Shown: piece after piece, positions 27,451-38,242 of the stretch
Layout of the letters: each line of letters begins with the position of its first letter
Numbering within the stretch: position 1 is the stretch's first letter
Origin: Eledone cirrhosa
Taxonomy: Eukaryota
DNA: 64,000 bases
Reading direction: 5' to 3'
Assembly (NCBI GenBank): GCA_964016885.1
Contig: OZ024740.1
Span: 175,150,001-175,214,000 of the forward strand
Translations under genes and position numbers: made by a program
Notes under the pieces: model-generated
What the model saw: only the letters and a program-made list of their open reading frames with translations
Told to the model about the DNA's origin: nothing
The model's database searches: none

Positions 27451-30400
27451 CAACTCGCTATTTCTGGGATGGCTGTTCCCTTCGGTATAAAGTAACGTTC
27501 AAATTTTTCTCGATTCTTCTCTCCATTCGAACCCATTCATTCAATCACTTCTATGTCCTAATTTCACACTATATCATATTTTCACCATCCTATATCATAT
27601 CTTTTCTCTAAAAATCATATTTCCCCTATCACCGCATTTTCTCTACCGTATTTTCTTAAACAAAACAAATCTTGTATTTTCGTTTATTGTTAAATTATGC
27701 CCAAAATTTTTTTCTCGATTCTTCTCTCCATTCGAACCCATTCATTCAATCACTTCTATGTCCTAAATTCACACTATATCATATTTTCACCATTATATAT
27801 CATATCTTTTCTCTAGAAATCATATTTTCCCTATCACCGCATTTTCTCTATCGTAATTTCTTAAACAAAACAAATCTTGTATTTTCGTTTATTGTTAAAT
27901 TATGCCCAATTTTTTCTCGATTCTTCTCTCCATTCGAACCCATTCATTCAATCACTTCTATGTCCTAAATTCACACTATATCATATTTTCACCATTATAT
28001 ATCATATCTTTTCTCTAAAAATCATATTTTCCCTATCACCGCATTTTCTCTATCGTAATTTCTTAAACAAAACAAATCTTGTATTTTCGTTTATTGTTAA
28101 ATTATGCCCAATTTTTTCTCGATTCTTCTCTCCATTCGAACCCATTCATTCAATCACTTCTATGTCCTAAATTCACACTATATCATATTTTCACCATTAT
28201 ATATCATATCTTTTCTCTAAAAATCAAATTTTCCCTATCACCGCATTTTCTCTATCGTAATTTCTTAAACAAAACAAATCTTGTATTTTCGTTTATTGTT
28301 AAATTATGCCCAATTTTTTCTCGATTCTTCTCTCCATTCGAACCCATTCATTCAATCACTTCTATGTCCTAAATTCACACTATATCATATTTTCACCATT
28401 ATATATCATATCTTTTCTCTAAAAATCATATTTTCCCTATCACCGCATTTTCTCTATCGTAATTTCTTAAACAAAACAAATCTTGTATTTTCGTTTATTG
28501 TTAAATTATGCCCAATTTTTTCTCGATTCTTCTCTCCATTCGAACCCATTCATTCAATCACTTCTATGTCCTAAATTCACACTATATCATATTTTCACCA
28601 TTATATATCATATCTTTTCTCTAAAAATCATATTTTCCCTATCACCGCATTTTCTCTATCGTAATTTCTTAAACAAAACAAATCTTGTATTTTCGTTTAT
28701 TGTTAAATTATGCCCAATTTTTTCTCGATTCTTCTCTCCATTCGGACCCATTCATTCAATCACTTCTATGTCCTAAATTCACACTATATCATATTTTCAC
28801 CATTATATATCATATCTTTTCTCTAAAAATCATATTTTCCCTATCACCGCATTTTCTCTATCGTAATTTCTTAAACAAAACAAATCTTGTATTTTCGTTT
28901 ATTGTTAAATTATGCCCAATTTTTTCTCGATTCTTCTCTCCATTCGAACCCATTCATTCAATCACTTCTATGTCCTAAATTCACACTATATCATATTTTC
29001 ACCATTATATATCATATCTTTTCTCTAAAAATCATATTTTCCCTATCACCGCATTTTCTCTATCGTAATTTCTTAAACAAAACAAATCTTGTATTTTCGT
29101 TTATTGTTAAATCATGCCCAAAATACGGCGATCTTATCTTAAACCTTACATTCTCGCTATCACTATTATATATTCCTTTAAATATAATTTGTTAAACTTG
29201 CTAAGTTTTACGCAAATCTTCGAGTACCTATTTAAACTTTTAACCTCTGCTCCATCCCATATTCTACCCCCTACCCATTCACCATGCTGGTTCCTGCCCC
29301 CCCCCCCCTCCCTCTCTATACATATAAGATAAAACCCTACCAAAATTAATCAAAATCGCCAACTCGCTATTTCTGGGATGGCTGTTCCCTTCGGTATAAA
29401 GTAACGTTCAAAATTTTTCTCGATTCTTCTCTCCATTCGAACCCATTCATTCAATCACTTCTATATCCTAATTTCACACTATATCATATTTTCACCATCC
29501 TATATCATATCTTTTCTCTAAAAATCATATTTCCCCTATCACCGCATTTTCTCTACCGTATTTTCTTAAACAAAACAAATCTTGTATTTTCGTTTATTGT
29601 TAAATTATGCCCAAAATTTTTTTCTCGATTCTTCTCTCCATTCGAACCCATTCATTCAATCACTTCTATGTCCTAAATTCACACTATATCATATTTTCAC
29701 CATTATATATCATATCTTTTCTCTAAAAATCATATTTTCCCTATCACCGCATTTTCTCTATCGTAATTTCTTAAACAAAACAAATCTTGTATTTTCGTTT
29801 ATTGTTAAATTATGCCCAATTTTTTCTCGATTCTTCTCTCCATTCGAACCCATTCATTCAATCACTTCTATGTCCTAAATTCACACTATATCATATTTTC
29901 ACCATTATATATCATATCTTTTCTCTAAAAATCATATTTTCCCTATCACCGCATTTTCTCTATCGTAATTTCTTAAACAAAACAAATCTTGTATTTTCGT
30001 TTATTGTTAAATTATGCCCAATTTTTTCTCGATTCTTCTCTCCATTCGAACCCATTCATTCAATCACTTCTATGTCCTAAATTCACACTATATCATATTT
30101 TCACCATTATATATCATATCTTTTCTCTAAAAATCATATTTTCCCTATCACCGCATTTTCTCTATCGTAATTTCTTAAACAAAACAAATCTTGTATTTTC
30201 GTTTATTGTTAAATCATGCCCAAAATACGGCGATCTTATCTTAAACCTTACATTCTCGCTATCACTATTATATATTCCTTTAAATATAATTTGTTAAACT
30301 TGCTAAGTTTTACGCAAATCTTCGAGTACCTATTTAAACTTTTAACCTCTGCTCCATCCCATATTCTACCCCCTACCCATTCATCATGCTGGTTCCTGCC

Positions 30401-31570
30401 CCCCCCCCCCCCCCCTCCCTCTCTATACATATAAGATAAAACCCTACCAAAATTAATCAAAATCGCCAACTCGCTATTTCTGGGATGGCTGTTCCCTTCG
30501 GTATAAAGTAACGTTCAAAATTTTTCTCGATTCTTCTCTCCATTCGAACCCATTCATTCAATTACTTCTATGTCCTAATTTCACACTATATCATATTTTC
30601 ACCATCCTATATCATATCTTTTCTCTAAAAATCATATTTCCCCTATCACCGCATTTTCTCTACCGTATTTTCTTAAACAAAACAAATCTTGTATTTTCGT
30701 TTATTGTTAAATTATGCCCAAAATTTTTTTCTCGATTCTTCTCTCCATTCGAACCCATTCATTCAATCACTTCTATGTCCTAAATTCACACTATATCATA
30801 TTTTCACCATTATATATCATATCTTTTCTCTAAAAATCATATTTTCCCTATCACCGCATTTTCTCTATCGTAATTTCTTAAACAAAACAAATCTTGTATT
30901 TTCGTTTATTGTTAAATTATGCCCAATTTTTTCTCGATTCTTCTCTCCATTCGAACCCATTCATTCAATCACTTCTATGTCCTAAATTCACACTATATCA
31001 TATTTTCACCATTATATATCATATCTTTTCTCTAAAAATCATATTTTCCCTATCACCCCATTTTCTCTATCGTAATTTCTTAAACAAAACAAATCTTGTA
31101 TTTTCGTTTATTGTTAAATTATGCCCAATTTTTTCTCGATTCTTCTCTCCATTCGAACCCATTCATTCAATCACTTCTATGTCCTAAATTCACACTATAT
31201 CATATTTTCACCATTATATATCATATCTTTTCTCTAAAAATCATATTTTCCCTATCACCGCATTTTCTCTATCGTAATTTCTTAAACAAAACAAATCTTG
31301 TATTTTCGTTTATTGTTAAATTATGCCCAATTTTTTCTCGATTCTTCTCTCCATTCGAACCCATTCATTCAATCACTTCTATGTCCTAAATTCACACTAT
31401 ATCATATTTTCACCATTATATATCATATCTTTTCTCTAAAAATCATATTTTCCCTATCACCGCATCTTCTCTATCGTAATTTCTTAAACAAAACAAATCT
31501 TGTATTTTCGTTTATTGTTAAATCATGCCCAAAATACGGCGATCTTATCTTAAACCTTACATTCTCGCTA
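27451..31570 (+). repeat. Two-level tandem array forming the 5' region of the intact RTE: 17 x ~202-bp monomers in three higher-order units (8, 4 and 5 monomers; starts 27451, 29360, 30467)
   Basis: Identical ORF starts recur at 202-bp spacing (205 after each first monomer). Each unit begins caactcgctatttctggg, and its first monomer carries the same diagnostic variants. Confidence 0.95.
29297..29360 (+). promoter_or_regulatory. Putative Pol II core promoter at the end of higher-order unit 1 (poly-C + TATAAGA); repeated at ~30399-30467
   Basis: TATAAGA at 29323 and 30430, each 37 nt upstream of the sequence that forms the element's 5' end at 27451. Confidence 0.4.
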
Positions 31571-31673
31571 ACAACCCATCATCCCTCCCTCCCGCCCCCA
31601 CGCACCACCATTATTACGTGGACCAATCATAAGTCAGAGGCCCATACTATCGCTTAACTGGTTGCTTTTCTAT

Positions 31674-34600
31674 ATGATGGATGGACTACGGAATTCTGGA
31701 GAGTTGAAGAGAGAAAAATGTGGACGCTCAGCGACAATGCCAAAGATAAAGCCAAATTCACCTCGTGGACGAGAATGCAAGCACTCCTCCTTGTTTCGGC
31801 CCAGGATGGCTAACATAACCCCATCCCCCCCCGCGTCCCACCGCTCCCACCCTCCAAACGCAATCCAAAACTTCAGAGTTGGTACCATGAATGTAGGCAC
31901 CTTAAAGGGTCGCTCTAACGAGGTTGTAGAAATGCTTGAACGTAAGGAGGTCGATGTTTGTTGTATTCAAGAGACCAGGTGGAGGGGATGGTCGGCTAGA
32001 TTCATCGTGGGTAAAGAGCGATGCTATAAGCTTTTCTGGGTGGGAAATGACAATGGGTTGGGTGGGGTAGGAATCATGGTAGCAGAAAAGTGGGCAGATA
32101 AGATAATAGACGTAAATAGAGTGAACGACAGAATAATTAAAATAAGACTTGTCCTCAATAAAACTACGGTGACAGTAATATCTGCGTACGCACCCCAATC
32201 CGGACAGCCCCGCGCTATAAAAGACAGATTCTACGAGACACTGATGCTCGCTACCTCCCAAATAACCGACAGTGACTATATAGTTATTGCAGGCGACCTA
32301 AATGGTCACGTTGGACAACATTGTGATGGCTATGACGGAATCCATGGAGGCTATGGGTTCGGTACTAGAAATGAGGAAGGCTCCAGAATCCTGGAATTCT
32401 GCGACGCAAATAACTTAACTATCTGTAACACTAACTTCAAAAAACGAGACAATCACTTGATCACCTATAGATCGGGGGAACACACAAGCCAGGTAGATTA
32501 TATCCTTACCAGAAGACGTGACAGAGTGTCTGTTGTTAACACTAAATCCCACCCGCATGAAGAATTCACCTCCCAACATAGACTGATAATTAGCGACCTC
32601 AAAGTCAGGACGAGACGTACTAGACAGCGAAAGAGGACTATCCTCAGGAGAAAAATATGGAAGCTAAAGGACCCCATAGCCAGAAATAAATTTCAAAGCA
32701 AATTACTTGACGCTTTCGACAGTAAGGAAGAGCAATTAGAGTCATATAATATAGAGGAACAGTGGGAATTCCTGAGAGCAAACCTGCTGACGGCGGCAGA
32801 CGAAGTCTGTGGCTGGAGCAGGCCTGTAGGTAGGAGGAGAGTAACATGGTGGTGGAACAGTAAGGTGGAGGAGTCAATTAAGGCCAAAAAGCAGGCTTGG
32901 AAAGTATGGCGGGATGGGGGAAGTAGAGAAGACTATCAAGTGGCCAGGAGGGAAGCTAGGAGACAAGTGTACTTCGCAAGAAGGGAAGCAGAGGAAAGAA
33001 AGTTCAAGCATGTTCTACAACGTGAGGACCAAAAACGTGAGGTGTTCAGGATTGCCAGGCAATGTGTCAAGGAAAACCGTGATATTGTCGGGGAGAAGTG
33101 TGTACTTAACGATGATGGCATACTTGCCATCACCGACGCTGATAAGAAGGTAGCTTGGAAGTGTCACTACGAAAGGCTTCTAAATGAGGAGAACAAATGG
33201 GAGAAAGACAGTCTCCCCCAGATCGATCCAATAGAGGGACCAGCAGTGTTAGTTGAAGGTAGTATAATAAGTAAGGCAATCAAAGATATGAAGACGGGTA
33301 AGGCGGCTGGGCCTTCGGAAATAGTTGCTGAGATGCTGAAGGCATCTGGTTCGGTGGGATACACCATGGTCACCCGGATAGTTAACCAAGTCGTACAGAA
33401 TGGGGTTGTTCCGAAGGAATGGCGTAGCAGCATCATCGTTAACTGCTATAAGGGAAAAGGAGATGCCCTAGATAGGAGTAACTATAGAGGCATTAAATTA
33501 ATCGACCAGGTCATGAAGGTCACGGAAAAAGTAATAGCGCAACTAATCAGAGAGAGAATTGATCTAGATGAAATGCAGTTCGGGTTTGTGTCAGGCAAAA
33601 GTACCACAGACGCTCTTTTCATTGTACGACAACTACAGGAGAAGTACCTAGCTAAAAGTAAACCCCTATACTTAGCTTTCGTCGACTTGGAGAAAGCCTT
33701 CGACAGAGTCCCCCGTTCCATTATCTGGTGGTCTCTTAGAAAACTAGGTGTTGACGAATGGCTTGTGAGAGCTATACAAGCCATGTATAAAGAAACAGTC
33801 AGTAAGGTTAGAATTAACAACGAATATAGTGAAGAGTTTAGCGTAAAAGTTGGTGTCCATCAGGGCTCTGTACTTAGCCCCCTACTATTTATTATTGCCC
33901 TTCAGGCTATAACAGAGGAGTTCAAGACCGGCTGCCCATGGGAACTCCTATACGCAGATGATCTAACGCTCATAGCTGAATCAATGACCGAACTAGAGAA
34001 GAAATTCCAAACGTGGAAGCACGGCCTAGAATCAAAAGGCCTTAAAATTAACCTGGCTAAGACTAAAGTTCTAGTTTGTAGGAAAGAAAATAAGGCGGCG
34101 GTCCCATCGGGGAAATGGCCATGCTCAGTGTGTAGGAAAGGCGTAGGTAGAAACTCCATTTTATGTCCCAAATGCAAAGTATGGGTGCATAAAAGATGTA
34201 GTGGGATCACAGGTAAGCTAACTAAGAACATAGATTTTACATGTGGCCGGTGCTCTGGTGCAATAAGTAGCAGCAAGTGCCCACAAAATACTAGCTCCTT
34301 CAACTGCGCAGAGGGTTCTATAGAAATAGTGGACAGCTTCCGTTATCTGGGTGACAAAATCAGCAGTGGGGGAGGGTGCTCTGAAAGTACAGTAGCTAGA
34401 GTCAGAACTGGATGGAAAAAGTTCAGAGAGCTTATACCACTATTAGCCGCTAGAGGGTTCTCCCTAAAAATGAAAGGCAGGTTATACGATGCCTGCATAC
34501 GAACAGCAATGCTGCATGGCAGTGAGACCTGGGCATTGTGTGCAGAGGATATACGCAGACTAGAGAGGAACGAAGCTTGCATGCTCCGCTGGATGTGCAA

Positions 34601-34907
34601 TAGTAATATACGTGAACGGCAAAGTATAAACGAACTAAGGAAAAAATTAGAAATAAGAGGGATCAGATGTTGTTTACTCGAGAGAAGGCTACGTTGGTAC
34701 GGTCACGTGATGCGCATGAAAGACGACAGCTGTATAACAAAGTGCAGGGCAATAAAGATAGACGGTAGCCACGGAGTAGGCAGACCCAGAAAAACATGGG
34801 ACGAGCTGATAAATTCCGACCTCACACGCTTACACCTCTCCAAGACAATGTCACTGGACCGAGACCTTTGGCGGTACTCAGTAATAGAGAAGACCCGCCT
34901 TACCTAA
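31674..34907 (+). CDS. RTE-clade ORF: AP endonuclease + reverse transcriptase with inserted PHD finger
   Basis: APE motifs GTMNVGTL, CIQETR, SAYAPQ, GDLNGHVG, QVDYIL, SQHRL. RT motifs NYRGIKL, QFGF, FVDLEKAFDRVP, HQGSVLSPLLF, YADD (33951), FRYLG. PHD at 34122-34253; RTE C-terminus RLRWYGHVMR..GRPRKTW. First ATG 31674; the ATG at 31737 is also conserved in the sister copy. Confidence 0.97.
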   Translation: MMDGLRNSGELKREKCGRSATMPKIKPNSPRGRECKHSSLFRPRMANITPSPPASHRSHPPNAIQNFRVGTMNVGTLKGRSNEVVEMLERKEVDVCCIQETRWRGWSARFIVGKERCYKLFWVGNDNGLGGVGIMVAEKWADKIIDVNRVNDRIIKIRLVLNKTTVTVISAYAPQSGQPRAIKDRFYETLMLATSQITDSDYIVIAGDLNGHVGQHCDGYDGIHGGYGFGTRNEEGSRILEFCDANNLTICNTNFKKRDNHLITYRSGEHTSQVDYILTRRRDRVSVVNTKSHPHEEFTSQHRLIISDLKVRTRRTRQRKRTILRRKIWKLKDPIARNKFQSKLLDAFDSKEEQLESYNIEEQWEFLRANLLTAADEVCGWSRPVGRRRVTWWWNSKVEESIKAKKQAWKVWRDGGSREDYQVARREARRQVYFARREAEERKFKHVLQREDQKREVFRIARQCVKENRDIVGEKCVLNDDGILAITDADKKVAWKCHYERLLNEENKWEKDSLPQIDPIEGPAVLVEGSIISKAIKDMKTGKAAGPSEIVAEMLKASGSVGYTMVTRIVNQVVQNGVVPKEWRSSIIVNCYKGKGDALDRSNYRGIKLIDQVMKVTEKVIAQLIRERIDLDEMQFGFVSGKSTTDALFIVRQLQEKYLAKSKPLYLAFVDLEKAFDRVPRSIIWWSLRKLGVDEWLVRAIQAMYKETVSKVRINNEYSEEFSVKVGVHQGSVLSPLLFIIALQAITEEFKTGCPWELLYADDLTLIAESMTELEKKFQTWKHGLESKGLKINLAKTKVLVCRKENKAAVPSGKWPCSVCRKGVGRNSILCPKCKVWVHKRCSGITGKLTKNIDFTCGRCSGAISSSKCPQNTSSFNCAEGSIEIVDSFRYLGDKISSGGGCSESTVARVRTGWKKFRELIPLLAARGFSLKMKGRLYDACIRTAMLHGSETWALCAEDIRRLERNEACMLRWMCNSNIRERQSINELRKKLEIRGIRCCLLERRLRWYGHVMRMKDDSCITKCRAIKIDGSHGVGRPRKTWDELINSDLTRLHLSKTMSLDRDLWRYSVIEKTRLT

Positions 34908-35404
34908 ATACAAAGTAAAAACCTACTACAGTCAGTAGGTATCTCTATCAAAACACCCCCCGGTCCCACCACCTCCACCCCATCCACACCGCCCCTTTCA
35001 ATGTAAAGTTATGTTGGTGCCACAACATCCAGGCCGAAACAAATGAGATCGTGTAGGTGTCACGACAAAAAAACACACAGTCCACGCTGTAAATGTGGCC
35101 GTGTAGGCAACACGGTAAAAACCTCCCAGCCCCACACTGTAAATGTGGTTGGTGTTAGGAAGGGCATCCAGCTGTAGAAAACCCGCCAGACAGTCCACGC
35201 TGTAATGTGGCCGTGTAGGCAAAACGGTAAAAACCTCCCAGCCCCACACTGTAAATGTGGTTGGTGTTAGGAAGGGCATCCAACTGTAGAAAACCCGCCA
35301 GACAGTCCTATGCGAGCAAGACAACCACTCTTGCCTCAAGTGGGAAAACCCCCGTCCAAACCCATGCAAGCGTGGAACACGGACGCTAAACCTGATGATG
35401 ATGA

Positions 35405-35458
35405 TCATCATCATCATCATTGTTTAACGTCCATCTTCCACGCTAGCATGGGTTTGGA
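35405..35458 (-). mobile_element. Very short RTE 3' end, tail-to-tail with the intact element
   Basis: (CAT)n tgtttaacgtccatcttccacgctagcatgggtttgga differs at several positions from the family-A end next to it. Confidence 0.8.
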
Positions 35459-35540
35459 TATATATATTATATATATATTATATATATATAATATATATAT
35501 GAGCTTCTTTGCTTAAACTTTAATCTGTTATTTTAATAAA

Positions 35541-35575
<35 letters not shown>

Positions 35576-35577
35576 AG

Positions 35578-35634
<57 letters not shown>

Positions 35635-35659
35635 ATATATATATATATATATGTGTAGT

Positions 35660-36000
35660 CATCATCATCATCATCATCATTTTACGTCCGTTTTTCCCTG
35701 CTTGCAAGGGTGGGACGGGAACTGATTCTGGCTTGATTTCTACAGCTGGATGCCCTTCCTAACACCAACCTCATTTACAGTGAGTGCTGGGTGCTTTTTT
35801 GCCGTAGCGCCTACACGACCACTTTGCAGTGGAATGATAGGGACCCCCAGTCGCTATCATCTCATTTCTACAGCTGAGTAAACTGGAGCAATGTGAAATA
35901 AAGTGTCTTGCTCAAGGAAACACATCACCCCGTCTGAGAATTGAACTCACAACCTTTCGATTGCAAAGCCAATGCTCTAACCACTAAGCCATGTGCCTCC
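35660..36000 (-). mobile_element. SINE family 1
   Basis: Full-length reverse complement, in (TA)n. Confidence 0.9.
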
Positions 36001-36012
36001 ATGTATATATAT

Positions 36013-36884
36013 ATCATCATCATCATCATCGTTTAACGTCCATGTTCCACGCTTGCATGGGTTTGGACGGGAGTTTTCCCACTTGAGGCAAGAGTGGTTG
36101 TCTTGCTCGCATAGGACTGTCTGGCGGGTTTTCTACAGCTGGATGCCCTTCCTAACACCAACCACATTTACAGTGTGGGACTGGGAGGTTTTTACCGCGT
36201 TGCCTACACGGCCACATTACAGCGTGGACTGTGTGTTTTTTTGTCGTGACACCTACACGATCTCATTTGTTTCGGCCTGGATGTTGTGGCACCAACATAA
36301 CTTTACATTGAAAGGGGCGGTGTGGATGGGGTGGGGGGTGGTGTGACGGGGGCGTATTTTGTTAGAGATGCCTACTGACTGTAGTAGGTTTACTTTGTAT
36401 TTAGGTAAGGCGGGTCTTCTCTGTTACTGAGTACCGCCAAAAGTCTCGGTCCAATGACATTGTCTTGGAGAGGTCTAAGTGTGTGAGGTCGGAATTTATC
36501 AGGTCGTCCCAGGTTTTTCTGGGTCTGCCTATTCCGTGGCTACCGTCTATCTTTATTGCCCTGGACTTTTTTATACAGCTGTCGTCTTTCATGCGCATCA
36601 CGTGACCATACCAACGTAGCCTTCTCTCGAGTAAACAACATCTGATCCCTCTTATTTCTAATTTTTCCCTTAGTTCGTTTATGCTTTGCCGTTCACGTAT
36701 ATTACTATTACACATCCAGCGGAGCATGCAAGCTTCGTTCCTCTTTAGTCTGCGTATATCCTCTGCACACAATGCCCAGGTCTCACTGCCATGCAACATT
36801 GCTGTTCATATGCAGGCATCATACAACCTGCCTTTCATTTTTAGGGAGAACCCTTTAGCGGCTAATAGTGGTATAAGCTCTCTC
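36013..36884 (-). mobile_element. PHD-RTE family A, 5'-truncated (ORF C-terminus + 3'UTR)
   Basis: ORF 36401-36799 is nearly identical to the intact ORF end; the 3'UTR lacks the internal duplication. Confidence 0.95.
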
Positions 36885-36957
36885 TCTCTATATATATATA
36901 TTATATATATATGTGTAATATCTATATATAATATATATATATTATATATATATGTGT

Positions 36958-37006
<49 letters not shown>

Positions 37007-37026
37007 ATACAAAGTAAATATATATA

Positions 37027-37540
37027 TAAATACAAAGTAAAAACCTACTACAGTCAGTAGGCATCTCTATCAAAACACCCCCCCGTCCCACCACCTCCAC
37101 CCCATCCACACCGCCCCTTTCAATGTAAAGTTATGTTGGTCCCACAACATCCAGGCCGAAACAAATGAGATCGTGTAGGTGTCACGACAAAAAAAACACA
37201 CAGTCCACGCTGTAAATGTGGCCGTGTAGGCAACACGGTAAAAACCTCCCAGCCCCACACTGTAAATGTGGTTGGTGTTAGGAAGGGCATCCAGCTGTAG
37301 AAAACCCGCCAGACAGTCCACGCTGTAATGTGGCCGTGTAGGCAACACAGTAAAAACCTCCCAGCCCCACACTGTAAATGTGGTTGGTGTTAGGAAGGGC
37401 ATCCAACTGTAGAAAACCCGCCAGATAGTCCTATGCGAGCAAGACAACCACTCTTGCCTCAAGTGGGAAAACCCCCGTCCAAACCCATGCAAGCGTGGAA
37501 CACGGACGCTAAACCTGATGATGATGATGATGATGATGAT
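37027..37540 (+). mobile_element. PHD-RTE family A 3'UTR-only copy (with internal duplication)
   Basis: Matches 34905-35404; (GAT)n then (TA)n. Confidence 0.95.
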
Positions 37541-37737
37541 ATATACATATATATATATATGTAATATATATATAATATATATGTAATATATATATATAAT
37601 ATATATATAATATATATATATAATATATATATAATATATATATAATATATATATATATGTAATATATATATAATATATATGTAATATGTATATAATATAT
37701 ATGTAATATATATATAATATATATATAATATATATAT

Positions 37738-37802
<65 letters not shown>

Positions 37803-37805
37803 TAT

Positions 37806-38242
37806 ATGTCACTGGACCGAGACCTTTGGCGGTACTCAGTAACAGAGAAGACCCGCCTTACCTAAATACAAAGTAAAACCTACTAGTCAGTAGGCATCTC
37901 TAACAAAATACACTCCCGTCCCACCCCATCCACACCGCCCCCTTCAATGCAAAGTTATGTTGGTGCCACAACATCCAGGCCGAAACAAACGAGATCGTGT
38001 AGGTGTCACGACAAAAAAACAAACAGTCCACGCTGTAATGTGACCGTGTAGGCAACACGGTAAAAACCTCCCAGTCCCACACTGTAAATGTGGTTGGTGT
38101 TAGGAAGGGCATCCAGCTGTAGAAAACCCGCCAGACAGTCCTATGCGAGCAAGACAACCACTCTTGCCTCAAGTGGGAAAACCCCCATCCAAACCCATGC
38201 AAGCGTGGAACAGGGACGTTAAACGATGATGATGATGATGAT
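37806..38242 (+). mobile_element. PHD-RTE family A 3' fragment (no internal duplication)
   Basis: Matches 34848 onward; (GAT)n tail. Confidence 0.95.

Larger units (their letters stand above)
27451..35404 (+). mobile_element. Full-length, intact PHD-RTE LINE (family A)
   Basis: 5' tandem array, single long ORF, ~500-nt 3'UTR with stem-loops, (GAT)n tail; TA-rich flanks. Confidence 0.9.

Noticed and set aside
27451-31570. CRISPR array or ribozyme-containing satellite
   Set aside because: There are no unique spacers, the context is eukaryotic, and I found no CUGANGA/GAAA hammerhead core on either strand of the monomer.
27672-31657. Series of identical 97-aa ORFs (MYFRLLLNYAQ...)
   Set aside because: By-product of the 202-bp monomer (length not a multiple of 3, TTG starts, no domain).
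32644-34600. Antisense ORFs over the RTE ORF
   Set aside because: Shadow frames of the coding strand, with no independent signal.
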